Shown here: piece by piece, positions 17,118 through 27,110 of the stretch
How positions within the stretch are numbered: position 1 is the stretch's first letter
Layout of the letters: each line of letters starts with the position of its first letter
Virus record (IMG/VR): IMGVR_UViG_3300013829_000002
Location: 1 to 43,528 of that record
Source of the DNA: a virus
Taxonomy: Duplodnaviria; Caudoviricetes
Strand: one strand, 5' to 3'
Length of the DNA: 43,528 nucleotides
Notes under the pieces: generated by a model
The model's input: the letters and a program-made list of their open reading frames with translations, nothing else
The model's database searches: none
Told to the model about the DNA's origin: nothing
Position numbers and translations under genes: made by a program

Positions 17118-17572
17118 TTCAACCGCCTGTATCGGACAAATTGACTTTTACCGCTGTTCACCAAATAGGCAATCAGCATATCCAGTCTTTGTTCAGGTGT
17201 CATGCTTCCATTGCCAAAGGCAAAGGTCACACTGGTGTCACCTTCCTGAATCTGCTTAACTGCTGCATCAATGTCAATATTCAAACCCTGTAACTGCCCG
17301 ATCCCTTTCTTAGCAAATAAAAATTCACCAATAACCATTTGTGAAGCAACTTTCTTCAATCCGCAAGGAACACTTGAAACATTGCATTCATTTTTGATGT
17401 TGTTTTCTACCTTCTGAATACAGAAGCCAAGAAGCCAGTCATCACCATCCTGTAATGTGTAACCGAATGATTCAAGCAACTTCCCAACATCATAAACAAA
17501 GGATGCACCAAGGCTTGATACATTCTGTATTGTTTGTATTAACGCTTCCAGTCTGTCAGATATATCAGCCAT
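17111..17572 (-). CDS. Head-tail connector protein
   Basis: IKNECN, VKQIQEGDTSVTF, RYRRLKW; position. Confidence 0.75.
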   Translation of the reverse strand: MADISDRLEALIQTIQNVSSLGASFVYDVGKLLESFGYTLQDGDDWLLGFCIQKVENNIKNECNVSSVPCGLKKVASQMVIGEFLFAKKGIGQLQGLNIDIDAAVKQIQEGDTSVTFAFGNGSMTPEQRLDMLIAYLVNSGKSQFVRYRRLKW

Positions 17573-17590
17573 TGGTTATCACCCCTTTCA

Positions 17591-18640
17591 TCATGCGACT
17601 ACCACAGTACCCACAACAGTGCTTGCAAGCTGTCCTTTTCCACGCTGCTGACAATATGCAGTAATTGTTGCCTGGTCACCGTTTGATGGTGCAACAGCTT
17701 TGACTTTCACCTTGTTCTTAGCAGTTATACCAAGAATCTGAATGTGTGTTTCATCAGAAGAAGTTGCTTCCACAATACTTTCACCTGCTGGAAGTGTCCA
17801 GGTCAATTCAGCTTCATCATCTTTGTCAATGTTGAAGGCACTTGGTGCAGCACTAACAGCAGCAGAAGCAGCAGCATACACATGAACTGTGAATTCCATG
17901 TCAGCACTGTCATCTGCATTTGTCTTTGTACCATAAACCTTGATTGTTGCTTCACCTGTTTTGTCATCTGCTGCTGTGATTGTAATTGTTTGGTCAGTTA
18001 CCGAAACAGAAACATTATCTTCATCAGAAGAAACAGCAACCACTGTTGGTGTCGCAACATTTGCTTTTATTACCGCTGTTGCTGTGCTTGAAACATCAGG
18101 TGAACTGGTTGATTTCACCATATGAATATCACGCTGCTGTTCAAGTACAACTTGTCTTTTTGCCACCGTAACAGGTATAGCACAGTAAGTGTCAGCAAAG
18201 TCTGTATCCGTTGGATCAAACTTCACAGTCACTGCACAACTTCCTTCCGCAACAGGAACAATGGTAAATACACCGTCACTATTAGTCACAGTTGCAACAT
18301 TTGTATTACTGGAAGTACCTGAAAAAACACCTGCACTTGGATTTGCAGCGGTAATTGTTACAGCCTTGTTCGTTTCATCCAAATAGATTGTCACAGGTTC
18401 ATATCCACCAAGGTCAACAAATGGTTTATAACCACCACCTGCTTCACTTGTAATACCGAATGTTGCAATCACTTCTTCAAGTGTAAGCTTCTTGTATGTT
18501 CCAGGAAGGGTTGTGATGCCTTCACCTTCGTCTTTGATGGTCACCACTCCGCTTGAACTTATAGATATAGACACAAGCGGATATTTGTTTGATGTGTTCT
18601 TTGTCAAAGCATAGACACGATTTTCAATTACGCAAAACAT
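17591..18640 (-). CDS. Ig-like repeat virion protein (putative head decoration)
   Basis: Three T/V/A-rich beta-sandwich-like units with SSNTNVATV / SSDEDNVSV / SSDETHIQI motifs; directly after the capsid gene. Confidence 0.65.
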   Translation of the reverse strand: MFCVIENRVYALTKNTSNKYPLVSISISSSGVVTIKDEGEGITTLPGTYKKLTLEEVIATFGITSEAGGGYKPFVDLGGYEPVTIYLDETNKAVTITAANPSAGVFSGTSSNTNVATVTNSDGVFTIVPVAEGSCAVTVKFDPTDTDFADTYCAIPVTVAKRQVVLEQQRDIHMVKSTSSPDVSSTATAVIKANVATPTVVAVSSDEDNVSVSVTDQTITITAADDKTGEATIKVYGTKTNADDSADMEFTVHVYAAASAAVSAAPSAFNIDKDDEAELTWTLPAGESIVEATSSDETHIQILGITAKNKVKVKAVAPSNGDQATITAYCQQRGKGQLASTVVGTVVVA

Positions 18641-18676
18641 CTTTTCAACCCCTTTCAGATTATTTTAATCAACTTT

Positions 18677-19726
18677 TTAACCGTTAGAAACGATTCTTGC
18701 AATTGCAATGTTCTTCGGATTTCCTGAAATTATCCAGTTAGAAGAACCGCTTGCACCTGAACCAAGTTGTGCATCTGTCGGGGAAGCTGTGTAAGCAGCA
18801 TCAGGTCTGACAAAGCTGAAACCATTCGGATGATAGGTTTCACGAACTCTTGTGATAAGTTCATTGTAACCACCATTTGTCTTTGCTTCACGATTGATTT
18901 CAACAGGGGTGTCCACAGGTGCAGGGGCATACTGAATTGCACCGTTACCAAACAGGTAAGTGGTGTATTCTTTCGCACCTGATGCACTCAAACTGTTAGC
19001 AACAGGAACACCATCATCAATAAGAACCGTAAGTCCGTTGTAATCAGCAAGTCTAAGCTGTCTTTGCACACCCATTGGATCTGTGTACTTGCAATATTCA
19101 AGCAGGTCAAGTCCTGCCAGTCCATTTGCAACTTTACTGTGCATGATTGCAAGACCAAATTCATTGAATGCATCACCAACAGCCTTCTGAACAGCATCAC
19201 CTGCTGTGGTTGCACCGATCTTGTTTGCTGTTGCAACAGTATCACTTGCAGTTGCAATGCTGTAAGTGTGATTCTGCCATTCATCCCAAACAGATTCACC
19301 ATCATCAGCAATATTGTAAACACCGTTCAATATTGCAAGGATGACTTTCTGTCTGTACTTCGCCCAGTATCTTGCCACCTGTGAAGTGATTTGCTTCATA
19401 GGATCAGCACCGCTGTTGAAGTCACGAATGAAATCTCTGTCCTTCCAACCTTTTGCCCTACCATAGACAATACCGCTTTGGGATTTGCCTGTTACTTCTT
19501 CGGTTGAAATGTTTGCTGCCCCATCATAGTTGTCAGGTGTTCCACCAATCACCGAATAGAAGGGGATAGTGTAGTAATCTGAACCATTGGAAATAAGTTG
19601 CTTGATTTTGTCATTTGCCTGTACCGCACCACTGTTCAGCAAAGCTGTCAGTGTGGGGTCTTTCTCATTCTGCCAGTTAAGCAGAAACAGTTCAGGATCA
19701 AAGGGAAAATTCAAATAATTAGCCAT
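18677..19726 (-). CDS. Major capsid protein
   Basis: 349 aa after scaffold; FDPELF, NYDG, MHSKVA, HPNGFSF, IARIVSNG. Confidence 0.85.
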   Translation of the reverse strand: MANYLNFPFDPELFLLNWQNEKDPTLTALLNSGAVQANDKIKQLISNGSDYYTIPFYSVIGGTPDNYDGAANISTEEVTGKSQSGIVYGRAKGWKDRDFIRDFNSGADPMKQITSQVARYWAKYRQKVILAILNGVYNIADDGESVWDEWQNHTYSIATASDTVATANKIGATTAGDAVQKAVGDAFNEFGLAIMHSKVANGLAGLDLLEYCKYTDPMGVQRQLRLADYNGLTVLIDDGVPVANSLSASGAKEYTTYLFGNGAIQYAPAPVDTPVEINREAKTNGGYNELITRVRETYHPNGFSFVRPDAAYTASPTDAQLGSGASGSSNWIISGNPKNIAIARIVSNG

Positions 19727-19736
19727 AATAATTTAC

Positions 19737-20375
19737 CTACCTTTCAAAATTTAATAGTTCTTTCCAGTTTTCGTTTTCGGTTTTGAACCGAATTTGTTCT
19801 TCTGTGCTTAATGCAAGGAATTTGTCAAGGGTCAATACATCAGCATCTTCCTTTCCTGTTTCACCAGGAACTGCACCCTTGAATGTTTGTTTCTTCTTTT
19901 CGGTATCAAACAGGAACTTGGAATCATCTGAACCCTGCAATTTCTTGATTTGGTCAGTCAAACCTTTGACTGTACCATCATCAGCAAGTTCTGCTTTTTC
20001 AAGATCAAGCAGTGCCTTAACCGCTTTCAAATTCTTTGCTTTTGCATCAGTAAGAGCAGAAGCAATTGCAGTGTCAATCTTCAACTGTTTGATTTCAGCA
20101 GCATGTGCTTCATCTTTTGTTTTGTTCGCAGCTTGAAGGTCAGTAATCTGTTTCTTCATAGCTTCCACATCACCAGTTGAATTCTTCAAAGTTTCAAACT
20201 GTGTGTTTCTCTCTGCAAGTGTGGTTTCCAGGGTCTTTTTTTCGGTATTGACTTCATCAAACCTTGCCTTTGGGATAAACCCCTTCAATTCTTCCGCAGA
20301 TGCATCAGCAACCTTCTTTGCAGTTTCGTCATCCAATCCCAATTTCACCAAATCTTCTTTTTTCATTGTGTTCAC
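19737..20375 (-). CDS. Capsid scaffolding protein (Phage GP20-like)
   Basis: FIPKARFDEVN, AKNLKAVKALLD, SKFLF; coiled coil. Confidence 0.85.
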   Translation of the reverse strand: MNTMKKEDLVKLGLDDETAKKVADASAEELKGFIPKARFDEVNTEKKTLETTLAERNTQFETLKNSTGDVEAMKKQITDLQAANKTKDEAHAAEIKQLKIDTAIASALTDAKAKNLKAVKALLDLEKAELADDGTVKGLTDQIKKLQGSDDSKFLFDTEKKKQTFKGAVPGETGKEDADVLTLDKFLALSTEEQIRFKTENENWKELLNFER

Positions 20376-20610
20376 CTTATCCTTTCAAATTCATTTTTAT
20401 CCTGGTTCAGTCCAGTATTATTTGTCTTGTTCTTTTTCGCCTACAATACCAAAAAGGCGGTTTTTTCAAAGAAAGTCATAAAAAATGACCTCACAGAATC
20501 GCTTTTAAGCGGTTTTTATGAAGTCCTTAATATAAAACTACCTTTGAATTTTTGTATGAAAAAAGCACCCTTCATTCAGGATGCTTCAATCAATAAAATT
20601 ATTCACTTTT

Positions 20611-20829
20611 TCAATCCCAAACACCTTCCTTTGGTAACAGTTCAAGAATGTCATAGTATTTTGGGATTTCATTGATAGTCTTGCCTTCTTTCAGGGAAGT
20701 TAGGACTTCAATTTTTTCATCAAGTAGTTCATCACTGTCAGGGTCAAAGTACCTTCGGATAAGGTCATCATCCACTGACATCAGCAAGTCAAATATCTGT
20801 TCCTTCTTTTCAATCAATACTTCATCCAA
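20611..20829 (-). CDS. Small acidic protein, candidate immunity partner of MuF extension
   Basis: 72 aa, D/E-rich, starts 2 nt after MuF stop. Confidence 0.55.
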   Translation of the reverse strand: MDEVLIEKKEQIFDLLMSVDDDLIRRYFDPDSDELLDEKIEVLTSLKEGKTINEIPKYYDILELLPKEGVWD

Positions 20830-20831
20830 GA

Positions 20832-22832
20832 CTAATCACCTACCTTTCCCAACATTCCTTTGATAAGTTCATTCAACTGTTCAACAAGTTCAGGTTTATC
20901 ACTTTTAAGCATATCCACCAGGTCAGGTCTTAAAACACTTAATGCACCATAGTTGGCAACCGTTTCATGAAGCTGTGATTCAACTGACCTGTAATACTTG
21001 CTACCATGACCATACTTGATGATTCCCTGGTCACGATATGAACCCTGTGACAAAGCATCATATATGTCTTGAAGGGCATTCACCCCACCACCAAGTGCAT
21101 TCCGCTGTTGGTAATCAATATCTTCCAACATGCTGTTCCATAATGCTTTGCGTTCCTTTTCATATTGTTTCCAGGAAGCAAGGGTCTTATTCGCTTCATA
21201 GACCTTTCGCACTTCCCCTGCCTTAACAGTATATGCTTTATAAGCTGCATCATGAATGTCATTGCATTGTTTATTGAACTTTTTGAATAGTTCACTGATT
21301 TCATCTGACATTCCAGTTCTGCTGCTCACAAGTGCCTTTTTCAGGTCATCACTTTGGGTGCTGAACCATTTACTTGCCTTTGTAACATCTGACCTACAAT
21401 ACAAGTCCATCAGATGCATTTCTTCATGAAGCATTGTGTTGATTTGTCCTGCAAGGTTGTCACCATCAAGTTTTGGAATGACCAACTTCACTTCTTTCAA
21501 TTCACCAGTGTAAGAACTCACTGTGGTCTGAACCGCATGGTCTTTGGCATGTGAAATCTTGAATGGTATTCCATTGGAACTGATGTTGTCAAGCTTGCCC
21601 ATGCTTCCATAAAGGTTCACAACATTTGGGTCTGCACCTTCACAATCATTGATGTAATCAACAAATGCTTGTGTGTTCTTGACCTCTGACTTTGCTGTGA
21701 ATTCAGAAGGGAAGTTGGACAGTTCAAGTTTCTTCCTGTCAACCTTCGGTGTTGTACTCTTTATTATATCACTTTTGTCAACAGATTTCAGTCCTGACTT
21801 ATCACCACCATCCACAAAAGTTTTCTTCCAGTCCTTATAATTCAGCTTGCTGTCAACATAGTAGGTCTTGCCATCTGAACCCCTTGCTGCTCTCTCTGTG
21901 AAGTTATCATCAAAATAGGGAACAGTGGTTGTTCTGCACCAAGGATGGAAGGGGGGTGCTGTCACACCTGGTTCAAAGTCCTTCATTTCAAACACATGAC
22001 CGTCAAGGTCTTGACATATTGCAGAAGTCCTGCTGTCCAGTGTCGCAACAATTTCATACCTTTCCACATCCAGTGCATTGAATGCATCTTTCTGTGATTG
22101 TGAAGAAAAATAAGCTGATTCAGTCATCACCAACCTTCCTGCTTGCCCCTGTGATGTTTTCATCTTTGCTGCAATAGCTTTGATTGCATCATCAGGGGAT
22201 TTACCCAACATGAATGTTCTTGTAAGCTGTGTCTGAACTTCATTTATAAGACTGGTCTTATTTGACCATATCCTATCACTGAAATTCTTTGCATCTGTTG
22301 CCCATGGTTTTGAAATTAACCTTTCAACAGTTCTGTCATCAATTGCTGCAATATCCCAACCAAGGTTGAAACCCTTTTGAATCTCATACACTGTATGGTA
22401 ATAGTTCTGTAAATAGTTCTTTTTCAGCAGCTTGTCAACTGCATCAGTTTGACCACCAAACAACCTTTCAACTGTCTGCTGTGTTTCAATTTTCAAAGCT
22501 TCAAGCCTGGAAATATGAAACCTTGCTGATGCATTTTCAAGTTCTTTCATCCATTGTGGGTTCAGTGCATTTTGTTCACCATACTTGATGAACTCTTTGA
22601 CATCCCACTTGAATTCAGCCAGTTCACCAGTGGTCAAAAGCTTTTTTGCTTCTGCCATGGTAATTTGATTGTTCTTTGCAAATCTCTGATACCAGGTTGA
22701 AATCTGCCTTTCAATTTCCTTTTCCGCTGCAATGTATTGTTCCTGAATGGTGTCAAATGCTGAAATAGCATTCTTGTTGGATGCAGCTTCAAGTTGTTCA
22801 AACCGCAGCTTCCAATAATCACTATTCTTCAT
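20832..22832 (-). CDS. Minor capsid / head morphogenesis protein (MuF, SPP1 gp7-like) with C-terminal extension
   Basis: FSDRIW, RLVMTE, ATLDSRTSAIC, PPFHPWCRT; about 310 extra aa containing HEEMH. Confidence 0.88.
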   Translation of the reverse strand: MKNSDYWKLRFEQLEAASNKNAISAFDTIQEQYIAAEKEIERQISTWYQRFAKNNQITMAEAKKLLTTGELAEFKWDVKEFIKYGEQNALNPQWMKELENASARFHISRLEALKIETQQTVERLFGGQTDAVDKLLKKNYLQNYYHTVYEIQKGFNLGWDIAAIDDRTVERLISKPWATDAKNFSDRIWSNKTSLINEVQTQLTRTFMLGKSPDDAIKAIAAKMKTSQGQAGRLVMTESAYFSSQSQKDAFNALDVERYEIVATLDSRTSAICQDLDGHVFEMKDFEPGVTAPPFHPWCRTTTVPYFDDNFTERAARGSDGKTYYVDSKLNYKDWKKTFVDGGDKSGLKSVDKSDIIKSTTPKVDRKKLELSNFPSEFTAKSEVKNTQAFVDYINDCEGADPNVVNLYGSMGKLDNISSNGIPFKISHAKDHAVQTTVSSYTGELKEVKLVIPKLDGDNLAGQINTMLHEEMHLMDLYCRSDVTKASKWFSTQSDDLKKALVSSRTGMSDEISELFKKFNKQCNDIHDAAYKAYTVKAGEVRKVYEANKTLASWKQYEKERKALWNSMLEDIDYQQRNALGGGVNALQDIYDALSQGSYRDQGIIKYGHGSKYYRSVESQLHETVANYGALSVLRPDLVDMLKSDKPELVEQLNELIKGMLGKVGD

Positions 22833-24324
22833 CTACAACACCACCTTGACCGCCTTTCTGACCAGGAACAGCAGGGTTGAAGGCATTCTGATATTCTGCC
22901 ATAGCAGCTTCTTTTTCTTCCTTCTTCCGTTCCAGTTCCTTCTGTGGGTCATCAACCCATGGATGATTGGCAACAAGGGTTTCATCAGAAAGAACACCAA
23001 CAGATTTGTTGACATTCTCAATGACTTCCGCTTCATTTATCAGGATGTCACGATTGAATATGACTTCAATTTCTTCACCTTCAAAGTCACCAAATCCAAC
23101 ATTGGCAAAGTGACAATTGATAAACCAAAGCAGTTCTTCAAAGGAAGCCTGGTATTCAGTTTCCATTTCATTTGCATCCAGGTCAATATCAGAATACATT
23201 GACTGAATGTTCATCTGATTTGGTTCACCTGAAAGCCTGTCATCCTTTGCATCATAACCCATTGCATTTTCAATGATTGCTTTCTTGAAAATCTCAATGA
23301 TTGCCTTATAATTCTCTGCATTGACTTCCACCTGCAAGGTTTTCAGGTCACCTGCTGCACCATCAACGGTCTTGACCTTAACAGCACCATAGGTTGCAAG
23401 GTTCTTTCTGAATTCAGCAAGATTTTCACCGTCATAGTTCACCAGGACAAGGATTGTGTTCCTTGCATCTTCTTCCATGTTGTTTTGGAAGTTGGAAAGT
23501 ATGGTATTCAGACCATCCTGCAATGATTTGACATTGTTTATAAGCGGTATTTCTTCACTGTTGTACTTGAAGGGAATCAGCGGAATTCTTGACCAGTTCC
23601 ATCCCTGGTCTTTACCTTCATGGTCAGTGGTTATGAAGTAGTTAGCAAAATAAGGTTCATCAGGAACAAGGTGACCATTTCCACTTAAAACAAAGTAATA
23701 AATACCTGTTTCATCATAGACTTCCACCTTTTCAACTGTCTTTTCTTCTGTACCTTCATAAGCAATAACTTCATATATCCTGATGACATAATCAAGTGAT
23801 GTATGATCTGCATCATGCCACCCAGGAATAACTTCATGTGCTTTGAACTTCTTTAAGGTGAATTCACCATGTTCATCATAGTAAACAAACAGCCATCCAA
23901 TACCTTCATTCAGGGAATCCTTTCCAAGATTCTTGATCAAACGCATAAACCGCTTGTTGAATACCTTTTTCAGCAAACCACCATACAAATCATTGTCAGT
24001 TCTAACTGCTATGGGTTGACCAAGCAGGTAATTTGCCTTTTGATTGACCATCTTCTTATATTGATTATCCACAATCCTGTTATTGGGAAGATTATCAACT
24101 GTTTCAACTGCACCGCCTTCACCGATAACGGTTCTTTTCTTTTTCAATATGTCATGGTGACCTGCAAAGTATTTTTCACCATCAAACATTTCTTTTCTTC
24201 TTCGACTTCCCTTGAACCGCTGAATTTCAAGTTCAATGAACCGTTCATCAGTGATGATTGATTCTGCACCTAATCTGATGATGTTGTTCACCCTGTCAGT
24301 TTCAGATTCAAAAAAATTAAACAC
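22822..24324 (-). CDS. Portal protein, SPP1 gp6-like
   Basis: NQKANYLLGQP, IPLIPFKYN, LSDETLVANHPWVDD. Confidence 0.9.
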   Translation of the reverse strand: MFNFFESETDRVNNIIRLGAESIITDERFIELEIQRFKGSRRRKEMFDGEKYFAGHHDILKKKRTVIGEGGAVETVDNLPNNRIVDNQYKKMVNQKANYLLGQPIAVRTDNDLYGGLLKKVFNKRFMRLIKNLGKDSLNEGIGWLFVYYDEHGEFTLKKFKAHEVIPGWHDADHTSLDYVIRIYEVIAYEGTEEKTVEKVEVYDETGIYYFVLSGNGHLVPDEPYFANYFITTDHEGKDQGWNWSRIPLIPFKYNSEEIPLINNVKSLQDGLNTILSNFQNNMEEDARNTILVLVNYDGENLAEFRKNLATYGAVKVKTVDGAAGDLKTLQVEVNAENYKAIIEIFKKAIIENAMGYDAKDDRLSGEPNQMNIQSMYSDIDLDANEMETEYQASFEELLWFINCHFANVGFGDFEGEEIEVIFNRDILINEAEVIENVNKSVGVLSDETLVANHPWVDDPQKELERKKEEKEAAMAEYQNAFNPAVPGQKGGQGGVVDEE

Positions 24325-24412
24325 GATTCATTCACCCCCTTTCTTTATTACTCCATAAAAACAAACACCCTGAAATACAATGATTTCATGGTGTTTTGTT
24401 ACTATCATGTTA

Positions 24413-25660
24413 CTATTCAAAAGAAAATGACCTTCCTTTGACAAAATCTTCAAGGGCATAACGCATTGCATCCATCAGATGGTTAAAGTCATCAATAGGG
24501 ATGTTCAGCTTCTTTCCGAACTTGTCAGCATCCCAGGTGTAATTGCTGATTTCAGTTAAGAAGTTCACGCACCTTGGATGAATGATAATTTTGAAGTCCT
24601 GGATGAAGTCAATGCCATTGTTTACACTGTCTTTGCCTTTTCTTGCAGCAGTGATGTTGGAAATACCAAGTTCACGCAGCCTGTCAATGGACTTCGGTTC
24701 TGCTGAATCTGCCCTGATTCGTTCCTTTCGGTATCCCATCCTTGTGATTTCTTTTTCAATAGCTTCATTTGACATGCCTGTTTTGTACATTTCATCAAAC
24801 ACATAGATGGTTTTACTTTGCAGGTCAATCATTCCACACCATAGTGCAGAAGGGTCATTTGTGTAACCAAAGTCAAGACCGAAAGCTGACTTGATACCCT
24901 TTGTCTGCCTGATTTCTTCCAGGCTGAAAGTTTTTTCTTCCCAGTTCTCAAATATAAGACCCTCAACAATTCCCCAGTCACCAAGACCTGCAACCCTGTA
25001 CCTTCGGGGATTGTTTTTCTTCATTGTTTCAAAGACCTTTCTATCCGCTGCATCCAACCATTCATTACACAGGTAATTTGTTGTCAGTGCAAGAATATCA
25101 GGGTCAGGTGGTGCATCAAAGAACCGCTTTTTTATCCAGTGGTGTTCATTCCATGGGTTGAAGGTCATTGTTATCTGTTTGAACAAGCCTTCGGGAACTT
25201 CACCACGAATGGATTCGTCAAGCATGTCAAAATCAGATTCCTTCATGATTTCATATGCTTCTTCAATCCACATCCAACACAGGTTTCCAACTTCAACAGT
25301 GATAGAAGTGACTTTCAATGGGTCATCAAGACCCCTGAAATAAATCTTCTGACCTGTGGGAATGTAAGTCATTTCAAGCGGTGATTCAGTGATTTTCCAA
25401 AATTCCTGAACACACAACCTGTTGATTGCCCATTTCAATTCAGTGAAGCAGGAATCCTTGATTGTTCGGAAAGTCTTTCTTATCACCAGGGTGTTTGCAT
25501 CAGGGTACTTCATCATATTGGCAATATACCAAAGTGCAGTGGTCTTTGATTTCTTTGATGCTCTTGACCCTTTAACAATTCGGTATCTGCCTTTGAACTT
25601 CCAAAAGCGGTTGTACTTTTTACCAACAACTTTCTTCAAGGAAATATTCAAATTTGGCAT
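24413..25660 (-). CDS. terL: Terminase large subunit, PBSX family
   Basis: KGSRASKKS Walker A, WIEEA Walker B, TFNPW, GLDFGY, NHLMDAMRYA. Confidence 0.95.
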   Translation of the reverse strand: MPNLNISLKKVVGKKYNRFWKFKGRYRIVKGSRASKKSKTTALWYIANMMKYPDANTLVIRKTFRTIKDSCFTELKWAINRLCVQEFWKITESPLEMTYIPTGQKIYFRGLDDPLKVTSITVEVGNLCWMWIEEAYEIMKESDFDMLDESIRGEVPEGLFKQITMTFNPWNEHHWIKKRFFDAPPDPDILALTTNYLCNEWLDAADRKVFETMKKNNPRRYRVAGLGDWGIVEGLIFENWEEKTFSLEEIRQTKGIKSAFGLDFGYTNDPSALWCGMIDLQSKTIYVFDEMYKTGMSNEAIEKEITRMGYRKERIRADSAEPKSIDRLRELGISNITAARKGKDSVNNGIDFIQDFKIIIHPRCVNFLTEISNYTWDADKFGKKLNIPIDDFNHLMDAMRYALEDFVKGRSFSFE

Positions 25661-25743
25661 GTAATCACCGCCTTTTTATGGTGCAATAAATGCAAGATGC
25701 TGAATATACAGGCTTTAACAAGGGTTTTGTTACTAACCTGATA

Positions 25744-26247
25744 CTATTCGTCATCATCTTCATCCAGGTCATCTTGAATGACAATAGGAATTGCACCGTC
25801 AATTTTGAATTTATCAGTGAACATACCCATGTGCTTCCCAAGAAGTTCAAGTGCTTTGATTTTGTCATAGGTCTTGACTTCTCTTTCAGTGATGTTCCCA
25901 TCCTCTGTTGGAATAGTCTTGACCTTCACTGAACTGATTGCAGCAGTATCATCCCTGTTTGCATCACCCCTAACAGTTGCTTCATCCATATTGATGACAT
26001 CAGTTGGGTTGATGAATGCAATCTTTGCAAGTTCAAGAATGACACGATCTGCATTCACACCTGTTCTTTTGCTTCTTTCAGCAAGTGATTTGTCTATTGC
26101 ATCCTTAATGTTAGGTTTTGTTAAGTTTTCACATCCGATTTCTTTTGCTGTGCTTGTTGAATAACCTGCCCGAATAGCAGCCTGTGTTGCATTCATGTCA
26201 ATCAGGTATTCTTCAACAAACTGTCTTTGCTTCTTTGTCAGTGCCAT
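25744..26247 (-). CDS. terS: Terminase small subunit
   Basis: LTKKQRQFVEEYLIDMNATQAAIRAGYS, KIKALELLGKH; start MALTK (track start 26343). Confidence 0.92.
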   Translation of the reverse strand: MALTKKQRQFVEEYLIDMNATQAAIRAGYSTSTAKEIGCENLTKPNIKDAIDKSLAERSKRTGVNADRVILELAKIAFINPTDVINMDEATVRGDANRDDTAAISSVKVKTIPTEDGNITEREVKTYDKIKALELLGKHMGMFTDKFKIDGAIPIVIQDDLDEDDDE

Positions 26248-26359
26248 GAACACAACACCGCCTTTCTTTTCAAAATAAAAAACAACAGCAATTTTCTTGC
26301 TGCTGTTTCTATTGTACATAATATCATAGGTGCATAATGACATACAAGGACAAAGTGTG

Positions 26360-26776
26360 TCATCTTTTTGGAATAATCACATTTTGCAGTGCTTCTGAAT
26401 GTATTCTGTGAACCTGCTTAATTGAATAACTCATACAATCAGAAACCTGTTCCCAGGTAAAGAATTCTATGTACCTGCATCTTAACACAAGTCTTTCATT
26501 CGGATTCTTAACTGCTTCAATAACATCATGGATTTCCTTCTTCAAATCAACAAAGCTGTCAACTTCATCATTGATTTGCTTTTCAAGATCAACAATCTTT
26601 CCTATGATGTTTGACATCCTATCACCTGGAAGCTGCCCCCCTTGAACTCTTTCCTTTGAAAAATCTGTGCTTGGAACACTGGTTGAAATCAATCTAAGCT
26701 GTTCAACCTCTCTTATGTGACTGTTTATCAACTCATTCAGGCGGTATGCCTGTCTTAAATACTGTTTCGCTGTCAT
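26360..26776 (-). CDS. Late transcription activator (RinA/ArpU/DUF1492-like, sigma region-4-type HTH)
   Basis: MTAKQYLRQ, LRCRYI..TWEQV..MSYS..VHRIHSEAL; immediately upstream of terS. Confidence 0.8.
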   Translation of the reverse strand: MTAKQYLRQAYRLNELINSHIREVEQLRLISTSVPSTDFSKERVQGGQLPGDRMSNIIGKIVDLEKQINDEVDSFVDLKKEIHDVIEAVKNPNERLVLRCRYIEFFTWEQVSDCMSYSIKQVHRIHSEALQNVIIPKR

Positions 26777-26798
26777 AATATCATCCTTTCGTTAAAAG

Positions 26799-27060
26799 TG
26801 TTACAGTTGTGCTTTTCATGTGTAACATTCAAAAAAGTCAGTGTTTACAAGGGTTTCAGGGTTTTCTTCATGTTACAGTGTTACGGTGTTACGGTTATTT
26901 TCTTATTACTTATATTTTAGAGAAACAACAAATTTTAATGATTTTTTGAAAATGCTATATTGTTATTAAGTTAAAAGTAAGTGTAACAACCGTAACATGT
27001 GTAACAATGCCCACCAGTAAAGGCTTTTTATGTTACACTTGAAAAATTCAACTGTAACAT
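26799..27060. other. Putative replication origin copy A: AT-rich core flanked by opposed TGTTAC/GTAACA iterons
   Basis: TGTTAC x3 at 26871-26892, GTAACA x3 at about 26983-27006, more at 26799, 26822, 27031, 27054; non-coding. Confidence 0.65.
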
Positions 27061-27110
27061 AACCCGAACATTCCCACTGCCACCACTGAATATTTCTTGA
27101 AAGTTAAGTT

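Noticed and set aside
26799-27060. TGTTAC/GTAACA repeats as a CRISPR array
   Set aside because: Repeats are 6-7 bp, in both orientations, without regular spacers; no cas genes
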